From Anaerolineales bacterium (GTDB taxonomy: Bacteria > Chloroflexota > Anaerolineae > Anaerolineales > UBA4823), in NCBI GenBank assembly GCA_020060465.1, contig JAGVAD010000017.1:1983-65982 (forward strand): a stretch of 64,000 nt of DNA. Reading direction: 5' to 3'. The notes under the pieces were generated by a model, which saw only the letters and a program-made list of their open reading frames with translations, had not been told where the DNA came from and did no database searches. Below are positions 37,987-45,669 of this stretch, piece after piece. Position numbers and translations under genes: made by a program. Numbering within the stretch: the stretch's first letter is position 1; each line of letters starts with the position of its first letter.

Positions 37987-40900
37987 TCAACAGAATCCGG
38001 TTGCGGCGTATTGGCATTCTCGGTGACAGGGACTCCTTCGTAAAGACCATGTTCGGTCTTCTCCCAAAAGTGCGGGCGGGTGAGCAATTGCCCAAAACCT
38101 TTCCAGGCGCCAATGCTGGCTAAGCCCCAATAGAGAGGAGTGAGCAAAGCGTATTTGACCATCCCATAATAGCCGCGCCGCAGCGCGCCGGCCACATTCA
38201 TGTAAGTGAATGCAAAGTTGCCGATAAAGAGACAAATCGCGCCCAGATAAAAGATCGCGCCAGGGAAAATCTTTTGGATGAGCTGCCATTGCACCAAAAA
38301 CCATAACGTGGTCAACAGCCAGTAGACCGGGTTAAGCAACGCAGCAAAGAAGGTGCCGCCAATCACAAATTGAAAGCCCAGAAAAGCCTTAAAGCCAATT
38401 TCACGGATCAGCTTCGCCGGGTTGCGCATGTGAACCAGCCAGGTCTGGATGTAACCCTTGATCCAGCGCGAGCGCTGGCGGATCCAGTTATAGATCTGGC
38501 TGTTAGCTTCTTCATAGGTGGTGCTGTCAACAATCGCCGTCTTATAGCCGCGCTTATACAGGCGGATGCCCAAATCGGCATCCTCGGTGACGTTATATGG
38601 GTCCCATGCGCCTACCTCGATCAAAGCTTCGCGGCGGAAGTGATTGGAGGTGCCGCCAAGAGGGATTGGCGCGCCGCTGGCATCCAGTCCTGGCAGGAAA
38701 AGATCAAACCACATCGAGTATTCGACGGTGAACCAGCGGGTGAGCAGGTTTTGATTGCGGTTGTAGTAATTCAACTTGGACTGGATGCAAACCACATCCG
38801 GCGGCGCTTTGCTGAAAGCGACGACGATCTTTTTCAACTGATCCGGCTCAGGCAGGTCTTCTGCGTCATAGATGACCACATAATCGCCCCTGGCGTGGAT
38901 CAGGCCGTAATTACAGGCTTTGGGCTTGGTTTTCGGCTGTCCATAAGGCACAATGATGCCGTGGAAATGGGAGGGGGGGTTCCAACGATAGAACGCCTGA
39001 ATTGTCTCCTGATCGTCCGCTTCCATCAAGATTTTGATATCCAGCTTGGCTTGCGGATAATCCAGTTTGCGCAGCGAATTGAGCAACTCCACCAACACTT
39101 CGGCTTCACGATAAACCGGAATGAGAATGGTGTAAATTGGCAGGTCGCGGTCATCTAACTTGCGAATATCTTCTTCTGTCACCGGCACTTCCAGATCGCG
39201 GGATAAGGCGCGGTAGATCAGGTAGAACTTATACGTAGAGAAGGATAAATAGAAAGCTGTGAAAATCAGATTGATCGTGATCAAATAACTGACATAGTCG
39301 AATAGCAGCCAGGCAACTGAAATAACCAGGAAAATGAGCAAGGCAATCTGCTGGCCTCGGCTCAATACACGGTAGGCCGAATCTTGCGGCGAGCGTTCCA
39401 GTAGCTCTGAAATAGAACGCGCCAGATAATGGTCACTATACAAGCGATCCAGGGCGGCATCCAGATCATTTTCGGTGACCAGCACCGGGGTGATGGGCTC
39501 GCCCAAAGCCTCATGGGCAAAATCCAGCGCCTGATTATCCAACGGATCCACAACAGCCAACAGGATGCGCCCATCCTGCCTGCCGATGGGGAGAACCCCA
39601 TTCTGCCGCGCGGCTTGTGGGTCAATGCGTTGCGCCGTTTGCCGATCTATCTGCACTTCTTCCAGCCCATAGAACGGCAATCCGGACTGCTCCGCAAGCG
39701 CGTGATAGACCTGTTCCCAGGTCACATAGCCGCGATGAACCAGAGCGTGCCCAAGCCGAATGCCGGTGCGCTGCGCATAACCCAAGGCGTCATTCAACTG
39801 AGCGCGAGTGATCAGGCCCTCCATCAAGAGGTAGGTACCAATGTTTCGTCGCCCCAGGTGGCGTTGAATGGCATCCTTCAACTCTCGGCGTGTGACCAGG
39901 GCCGGAATGATTTGGCGTTTCAGGGTTTTCTCAAGAGCAGTCTGGGCGGCTTCATATAAGGGATTGGCAAAGGCGACGCGCAGCTTATCACCCTGGAACG
40001 CCACCGGCAGGGCGGAAAGTTGCTGAGCCGTCTCCTGGTCAATCAATGTAGCCGCGGAAAGATCAACCGGATCGTGGACAGTCACCCGCTCGATGGGTTT
40101 TCCCAACGGATCAATGACCTGAACCAGGCGTTCTTCCAAATCCAGGTGAAGGATGGGCAACCCCAAGAGGCGGGAATACGCCTGAACCAGTTGCGCCTGA
40201 TCCAGCCCGCTGGAGCGCCAGATGGCTTCATCCAGCGGCATGTGCAACTCCACATACTCATTCAGCGCCTGGGTTGCCTGGGTGTGGGTAATATAGCCAT
40301 TCTCCACCAGGCGGGTGGTCAACGCCTGGGCTGGCGAAAGGAGCGTACCCGCAGCTTGAACCCCGACCCAGCGCTCCAAAGCAGCAGTAATGGCTGCACG
40401 TGGGGCAATCACCGGACGGACGCGCTTTCCACAAGCCTGCTCTGCGGCGCGCAAGCCAGCCACATCCAATGGGTCGGCGATGACCAGCCACAATTCGTTT
40501 GCGCCAGACCAAATTGGCAACATACTATGCTCAAGCGCCAGACGAGAGGGAATTTCTGCGATGAGCTTTTCATCAAAGCGGACATGATCCAGGCGAATGT
40601 GGGGCAAGCCGGTTTGCAAGCTAAGCGCCTCGGCCATGTCCGCATCATCTAACAAACCTTCTGCCACCAGTTGCGTCCCCAGGCGCGGATCCAGGGCATG
40701 GTTATGGGATAACACTTTCTCCATTTGCTCTGGGGCAACCAGACCCAGGCGCAGCAGGATATTGTCCAAAGATGGCATTGTTTGAAGCGCTTCTCGGGGA
40801 GGTCGGTCGGATAAATGAGCCAAATGCGCTTCCAGAATCTCCCGCGGTATTAACCGCGGCGTTACTTTCAAACGGGTCAGCGCCTGCGCCAGTTTCACGA

Positions 40901-41945
40901 CCTCTGGGTTGGGTTGAGACATCCCTAATACAAGATCATCGCCCTCCACGCGCAAGGGGATCATCTTGAAGCGGCGCGCCACTTTGAGCGGGATGAGGTT
41001 TTCGACCGCGGCGTTATCCGTTATCCTGGTTTCTATCTGCGTTTTTGAGGCATGGGACAGAGCGCGCAACCAGTCATTGTCCGAAATCAGCCCTCTTTCA
41101 ATGAGAATCGAGGCTATCGGGCGGTGGGTCTGTCGGCTGGCGGCGCGGCTGATCTGGAGATCCAGATCGGTGAGTTTGCCGGTCTTCATCAGCCAATGAA
41201 TGGCTTCCTGATCGTATTTCGCCGGATTTGGCTGCCCGGTCAGGTAGATTTTTCGATAATAGCGATCCCACAAGTCATAAGGGCAAACAATTGGCTGCAC
41301 TGGCGTTCCAACGATCTGAGACAGCTCAGCCAGGCGATCTACGTCTTCGATCCCAGCCAGACCCACCACCAGAACGCCATCCAGCCACCATAGCGGTAGG
41401 GCGCGACGCTCCTGCGCCGCCTCCCAGGGGATCAGCCCAGCCAGTTCAGGCGTTGGCTCGAGTCCAGATGACCGCAGATGTGGGATACCAAACAATAAGC
41501 CGGTGGCTTCAGCCAGCGCCTGCTCATCGGTCAATCCGAGACGGCGCACCGCCTGCTCCGGGGTAACGTTTGCGCTGCGTTGTACAGCCGCCAATTGTTC
41601 GAGGCCCGAATCATCCAGATAACCGAGTAAATAGAGGATGCGTTCCAAACCCGGGCGCTGCACCTTTTTGCTCTCGCCGCGATAGAAACGATCTAACGCA
41701 TCCCATAACTCTGGATAATTGACTTGATAGGCGCGCACTGGCCGCCGACAAATGGTCTGTAATTCGCGCAGTCTTTGCTGATCGCAGGCGTCAGCGCAAG
41801 CAATCACCAGCTCGTTCTTCTCCAGCCAGAGCGGGGCAGCCAAATACTGACGCGCCGCCTCTTCTGGAAGTATTCGCAAGGCGAATGGATCAGGTTCGAC
41901 GCCATCTAAACGAATAAAGGTGGGAGGAGCTTGCGCAACGATCAT
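37983..41945 (-). CDS. Processive family-2 glycosyltransferase (exopolysaccharide synthase) fused to about six N-terminal T2SS-E N-terminal / MshEN-like modules
   Basis: The C-terminal third has 2 TM helices, a GT2 core (LIPVYREAE; YDAED; TED; QRSRW = QxxRW) and about 4 more TM helices. The N-terminal 865 aa contain repeated GSPII_E_N-like units (G[LI]P..., ...LPL/LPI..., ...V....DPLD). These carry MshEN-type motifs, for example RLGTQLVAEGLLDDADMAEALSLQ. Confidence 0.85.
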   Translation of the reverse strand: MIVAQAPPTFIRLDGVEPDPFALRILPEEAARQYLAAPLWLEKNELVIACADACDQQRLRELQTICRRPVRAYQVNYPELWDALDRFYRGESKKVQRPGLERILYLLGYLDDSGLEQLAAVQRSANVTPEQAVRRLGLTDEQALAEATGLLFGIPHLRSSGLEPTPELAGLIPWEAAQERRALPLWWLDGVLVVGLAGIEDVDRLAELSQIVGTPVQPIVCPYDLWDRYYRKIYLTGQPNPAKYDQEAIHWLMKTGKLTDLDLQISRAASRQTHRPIASILIERGLISDNDWLRALSHASKTQIETRITDNAAVENLIPLKVARRFKMIPLRVEGDDLVLGMSQPNPEVVKLAQALTRLKVTPRLIPREILEAHLAHLSDRPPREALQTMPSLDNILLRLGLVAPEQMEKVLSHNHALDPRLGTQLVAEGLLDDADMAEALSLQTGLPHIRLDHVRFDEKLIAEIPSRLALEHSMLPIWSGANELWLVIADPLDVAGLRAAEQACGKRVRPVIAPRAAITAALERWVGVQAAGTLLSPAQALTTRLVENGYITHTQATQALNEYVELHMPLDEAIWRSSGLDQAQLVQAYSRLLGLPILHLDLEERLVQVIDPLGKPIERVTVHDPVDLSAATLIDQETAQQLSALPVAFQGDKLRVAFANPLYEAAQTALEKTLKRQIIPALVTRRELKDAIQRHLGRRNIGTYLLMEGLITRAQLNDALGYAQRTGIRLGHALVHRGYVTWEQVYHALAEQSGLPFYGLEEVQIDRQTAQRIDPQAARQNGVLPIGRQDGRILLAVVDPLDNQALDFAHEALGEPITPVLVTENDLDAALDRLYSDHYLARSISELLERSPQDSAYRVLSRGQQIALLIFLVISVAWLLFDYVSYLITINLIFTAFYLSFSTYKFYLIYRALSRDLEVPVTEEDIRKLDDRDLPIYTILIPVYREAEVLVELLNSLRKLDYPQAKLDIKILMEADDQETIQAFYRWNPPSHFHGIIVPYGQPKTKPKACNYGLIHARGDYVVIYDAEDLPEPDQLKKIVVAFSKAPPDVVCIQSKLNYYNRNQNLLTRWFTVEYSMWFDLFLPGLDASGAPIPLGGTSNHFRREALIEVGAWDPYNVTEDADLGIRLYKRGYKTAIVDSTTYEEANSQIYNWIRQRSRWIKGYIQTWLVHMRNPAKLIREIGFKAFLGFQFVIGGTFFAALLNPVYWLLTTLWFLVQWQLIQKIFPGAIFYLGAICLFIGNFAFTYMNVAGALRRGYYGMVKYALLTPLYWGLASIGAWKGFGQLLTRPHFWEKTEHGLYEGVPVTENANTPQPDSVE
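38451..39143 (-). other. Domain region: GT2 catalytic core (aa 935-1165 of the synthase)
   Basis: D, DxD (DAED), TED and QRSRW motifs in canonical order. The C-terminal tail after the last TM helix is only about 35 aa, so there is no PilZ domain. Confidence 0.8.
39351..41945 (-). other. Domain region: about six tandem MshEN/T2SSE_N-like modules (aa 1-865 of the synthase)
   Basis: Approximate module boundaries are aa 10-90, 100-235, 245-380, 390-528, 537-697 and 699-838. The best motif matches are at aa 421-444 (nt 40614-40685) and aa 700-753 (nt 39687-39848). Confidence 0.7.
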
Positions 41946-41948
41946 GGA

Positions 41949-42254
41949 TCAGTCTTCAGAATCCGAGCGCTCCGAATAGGTCTTTAACAGAGCCTCGCGC
42001 TCCTGACGCGCCCGCTGTTGGCGTTTTTTCACGGTCATGTATAAGCCGAAGTCAGAAATCATATAGATCACGGTGACCAAACCGATCAACAACACCGGCA
42101 AGGTAAAATATCCCAGGAAAATCGCCAGGAAAAGCGTAACCCACAACACCAAGATCATGACCACCCGACCGAGGATGACCAACGTCACCCAGAAATCCGT
42201 GGCCGGATTACGTTCCAGGTCATGGTTCTGATCTTCGCGGCGTCCCTGATCCAT
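41949..42254 (-). CDS. Small 2-TM membrane protein with a basic/acidic C-terminal tail (hypothetical)
   Basis: 101 aa, with two hydrophobic helices at about aa 21-70. Its stop lies 3 nt before the synthase ATG. Confidence 0.6.
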   Translation of the reverse strand: MDQGRREDQNHDLERNPATDFWVTLVILGRVVMILVLWVTLFLAIFLGYFTLPVLLIGLVTVIYMISDFGLYMTVKKRQQRARQEREALLKTYSERSDSED

Positions 42255-42288
42255 ATCTGCCTCCCCGGTTGTTCAGAACTTGCCCTTC

Positions 42289-43161
42289 TTAGTCCGCCGG
42301 GCGAATCTGAGTGGCTTCGTGCAATTGTGCATATTGCACAAAAGGACGACCGGTGGTCTCTGCGACGTGCAAAGCAGCTTCGGCGGCGCGCATCAGTTCT
42401 TCCTCAGTAACGCCATCGGCTGGAAATTGGGCGATGCCAATGTGCAGCGGAACACGCAGTTTTCGCTGCACGCTTTCCAACAGACGAGCGACGACCTTTT
42501 GCGCCCCTTCGAGATTCGTTTCGGGCAGGATGGCGCCAACCTTTTCGCCGCTGAAGGGGATATCCATCGCCCTCAACGAGGCGGGCAGTAATTCAAGCAT
42601 CTGGCGTTTCATCTGTTCCAGTTCGCTGGCACCCAGTTCCTCTTGCAAGCTTTGCTGGTTTCCGATTTTGAGCAGCAAGACACACAAATATTTATCGTAA
42701 CGCTGGCTGCGCAACACCTCCGAGCGCAACGTCTGATACACATAGCGATAACGCATGATACCGGTATCCGGATCATACAGGCGCAACTCTTCGATCAGCT
42801 TTTGATCGTTGCCAATCTGGCGGTAGAGGCGATGGATCTCCGCAGCCGTCCATCCACCCAGCCAGGCGGTAATGACCAAGGCGACCGCCATGACGGTCAG
42901 AGGTAAAACAATGTCAATTGTCATACCTTTCAACCCCGCCTGGACAAAGAAATAGACGATAAAAGAAAGCAGCGCGGCAACCCAGTTCGAATATCGAAAC
43001 AAGCCGGTGAGCGCAAAGGCAACAGTGAAACCTAACAACGCCAGCGAAAGCGGCAGATTGGCTGGGTCAGCAAATAACAGACCCATCATGCTGAAGATCA
43101 GCCAGACGCCCAGGATAGCGGGCAGAAAGCGCAGTGTACGGCTAAAGGGTTGGAGACTCAT
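42289..43161 (-). CDS. 4-TM membrane protein with a degenerate (probably inactive) GGDEF domain
   Basis: GGDEF-fold blocks (YDPDTGIMRYRY...; ...GAILPET...; AEAALHVAETTG). The signature is SGEKV instead of GG(D/E)EF. The DxDxFK metal site is replaced by LLKIGN. An RxxD-like RAMD lies just upstream. Confidence 0.75.
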   Translation of the reverse strand: MSLQPFSRTLRFLPAILGVWLIFSMMGLLFADPANLPLSLALLGFTVAFALTGLFRYSNWVAALLSFIVYFFVQAGLKGMTIDIVLPLTVMAVALVITAWLGGWTAAEIHRLYRQIGNDQKLIEELRLYDPDTGIMRYRYVYQTLRSEVLRSQRYDKYLCVLLLKIGNQQSLQEELGASELEQMKRQMLELLPASLRAMDIPFSGEKVGAILPETNLEGAQKVVARLLESVQRKLRVPLHIGIAQFPADGVTEEELMRAAEAALHVAETTGRPFVQYAQLHEATQIRPAD

Positions 43162-45409
43162 GGCTCTTCCCTGCCTTTCGACGATTCATGAATTCGGAAA
43201 CTGCAATCAACAGCAGAAGCACCAGTGTAACCAGGAATAGACCACCTGCCAGCCAGGCGACCCAGCGCGGCGTTGACGGTTCGCTTTGGGTTGAGGGCGT
43301 AATAGGCGCAGGCGCGGCTGGCTTATGGATATAAGCGGTGGTGATGGCGCCATCGGCGTCTAAGATAGCCAGATCGCCGTTCAGGTCGCGGATTAAGGCC
43401 GGGTCTGTCAACGCCCTGGCCGCCCACTCAACTCCTTGAGAGTCGCTGCCGGTGACGACCAGGCGGGGTTTGCCGTCCGAGGTCAGCGCTGCCTGCACAT
43501 AACCGGTTGAGCCGTTCGGCGGCAAGATGCGAGCAATCTGCGCATTCGGCTTTGGATCGTTAGAGCCTTCCACAAAAGGCAGGGGTAACAATGCGTTCAG
43601 CCGGGCAATGGCGCTGTTCTCCTTGGGCGCGCCCAACAAGATCTGATAAGGGGTTTGGACGGAGGTTTCGGTTTGATCTGGGCGAATGACACGCGGCGCC
43701 AGGGTTTCGCCTTCGGCGGCGCGACCAATACGCCCAGCGATGCCGACGATGGCATTTGCAATAGTCAAATCGGGCGAGACAGGCGCCACAAAAGCCAGAT
43801 CGGAGAGATCCGGGCGACCGATGAATCCAAATGGGTAATCAGACAGGTTGAGGGCGAGCATCGCCGGGCCGCCCGGCAGATTCAAGCGAGTATCCGAAAA
43901 TACCACCACCCAGGCCTCGGCGATATATTCTTCATCGCATTCTTGATCGTCCTCATAATTCTCTATCAACTCGATGCTGGTTGTAACCGTGATGCGGTTC
44001 TCGCCGATCTTGAGTTGTCTGGCAGGAATGATAAATCTGGAATGCCCATCGTCGGCGTTATCATTATCGAGCAAGATGCTGCCAATGGGCGAGCCGTTGA
44101 CGGAGACGGTGAGCGAGGATTTTTGCTGATGAAGCAGCTTAGAATGAGCAAAATGCAAATCCAGGCTGGCTTCAGTAAGCACCTGCCATTGCATGGGCAG
44201 CGAGATGATGAAATTCAACGATTGTTGGCGGGTGCCGGAAGCGGTTTCATCTCGATACCCTAGCTCCTCCAGGGTGATCACCTGTTTGAATTCATTATCT
44301 TCGCCGCTCGGCTCAGGCGTATGCAAAACGATGCCCAACTGACCGCGTAAACGAGGATAAACGGCTGCGCTTGCCAGCGCCCGAGCGGCGGCAAGCAGAC
44401 CCTCATCGGTCGGCCCGGTAACGACCATTTCCACTGCTGTGGGGTCATCGCTGGAATTCTGCATCCATAGCACACCGCTGGAGGGATCCACCTGGACGCC
44501 ATCTTCCGACTTCAACCTGACCTGTTCTCCATCTACAAAAACGAAGGGGAATTCTCGCGAGCGCAATACTCCCAGCCGGTCGGCCTGTCCGACATACATG
44601 ACATCGCCGCCTGGTTGGGATAGAGCAGCAAACTCGGTTTCGTTCAAAACCTGAAAGGTCAGTGTGCGCCAGGCGGCCAGTTGTCCAAGTTTGGCGCTGA
44701 TCAAAGCCAGGGCGTTCATCTCGGCAAGGGTCGCATCATCTGGAATGACAAAAGTCAACGAGTTTTCTATCAGCCCGCTGTTATCCAGGATCGGCGCAGG
44801 ATAATCGCCCAGGTTCGCTTGTGGAACGGCCAGATCATAAGAGAGTTCAAAGAAAGAGCTGCTTTGAATGGTGGCCCATGTGGCGGGATTGTTCGGGTCC
44901 TCGCAACGGTCGTCATGAATGCCCATGTACAGCACGATGCGCAGTTGGTTGTAGCCCTTATCAATCTGATCTTCGGGAATGCTCACCGTCAGGCTGCCGC
45001 CGTCCGCGTTTTCCGGCGTCAGCAGGATGCTACCCAGGCGGACGCCGTTCCAGTCAACAGCCAGGCTGGAGTAGCGTTCCAAAACGGGCGAGTGTTTAAA
45101 TTCCACGGTGAAAGCGTTGCCAGGGCGAACATCCCAGGCGTCGGGCCAATTAAATGTGTAAGAGCGGGTGGCTGAAATCCCCTGCAGGGTCTCATCTCTG
45201 GTATATCCGAGATCTGCCAAAGTCAGGGTCTTGGTCAGCACACGCGGCGCGCTGAATTGCCCGTTCGTCGGTTGGCGTGAGGGCAAGATTTCCGAGCGGT
45301 AGCCAATCGCCACGGGCGGCGCCGTGGACGCTGCCAAAATCGGCGTTGGCCTTGCGCCCAAAACAGAAACGATTGTAAAGATCACCAGCCAGAGCACTTT
45401 GTGTGCCAT
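43142..45409 (-). CDS. BcsB-like (cellulose-synthase subunit B family) periplasmic/extracytoplasmic protein with a C-terminal TM anchor
   Basis: Two BcsB-type repeats (LTLADLGY...LAVDWNGVRLGSILL...NQLRIVL...CEDPNNPATW; ITLEELGY...LTVSVNGSPIGSILL...NRITV...). C-terminal TM helix WVAWLAGGLFLVTLVLLLLIAV. Start set at MAHKVLW, with GGAGAGGTGAT upstream. Overlaps the next gene by 20 nt. Confidence 0.8.
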   Translation of the reverse strand: MAHKVLWLVIFTIVSVLGARPTPILAASTAPPVAIGYRSEILPSRQPTNGQFSAPRVLTKTLTLADLGYTRDETLQGISATRSYTFNWPDAWDVRPGNAFTVEFKHSPVLERYSSLAVDWNGVRLGSILLTPENADGGSLTVSIPEDQIDKGYNQLRIVLYMGIHDDRCEDPNNPATWATIQSSSFFELSYDLAVPQANLGDYPAPILDNSGLIENSLTFVIPDDATLAEMNALALISAKLGQLAAWRTLTFQVLNETEFAALSQPGGDVMYVGQADRLGVLRSREFPFVFVDGEQVRLKSEDGVQVDPSSGVLWMQNSSDDPTAVEMVVTGPTDEGLLAAARALASAAVYPRLRGQLGIVLHTPEPSGEDNEFKQVITLEELGYRDETASGTRQQSLNFIISLPMQWQVLTEASLDLHFAHSKLLHQQKSSLTVSVNGSPIGSILLDNDNADDGHSRFIIPARQLKIGENRITVTTSIELIENYEDDQECDEEYIAEAWVVVFSDTRLNLPGGPAMLALNLSDYPFGFIGRPDLSDLAFVAPVSPDLTIANAIVGIAGRIGRAAEGETLAPRVIRPDQTETSVQTPYQILLGAPKENSAIARLNALLPLPFVEGSNDPKPNAQIARILPPNGSTGYVQAALTSDGKPRLVVTGSDSQGVEWAARALTDPALIRDLNGDLAILDADGAITTAYIHKPAAPAPITPSTQSEPSTPRWVAWLAGGLFLVTLVLLLLIAVSEFMNRRKAGKSHESPTL

Positions 45410-45569
45410 ATCACCTCTCCCCTGGTTGACAGTTGAATAATCTCTCCGATCTCTCTGAGCAAACTTTATGAAAACCGCAACAGATTGACCGGGCCAGATT
45501 GATTTGTCAACCTGAACTTGATCCCGCAGGCGTTTATTCAATTATACATATTAAACATGCAATTGTGGT

Positions 45570-45587
45570 GAATTGAAAGGTCAATTC
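45570..45587. promoter_or_regulatory. Inverted repeat GAATTGA-aagg-TCAATTC in the AT-rich region upstream of the EPS operon
   Basis: Perfect 7-bp arms with a 4-nt spacer, about 160 nt upstream of the bcsB-like start. A minus-strand TATAAT lies at 45541-45546. Confidence 0.3.
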
Positions 45588-45669
45588 AAATAATTTTGGA
45601 TTACAAATGTGTAAGCAGCGCCCAGACAAAGGGGGCAACGATCTATTGAAGGCAATGTTCCAGCCGACG

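Noticed and set aside
45541-45548. A confident sigma-70 promoter call for the EPS operon from TGTATAAT.
   Set aside because: I found no acceptable -35 hexamer at 16-18 bp spacing. It is kept only as a low-confidence note within the control-region finding.
36235-45669. Whether the EPS operon is a horizontally acquired island or mobile element.
   Set aside because: I saw no integrase, transposase, flanking tRNA or direct repeats. There is also no obvious compositional break relative to the neighbouring genes.
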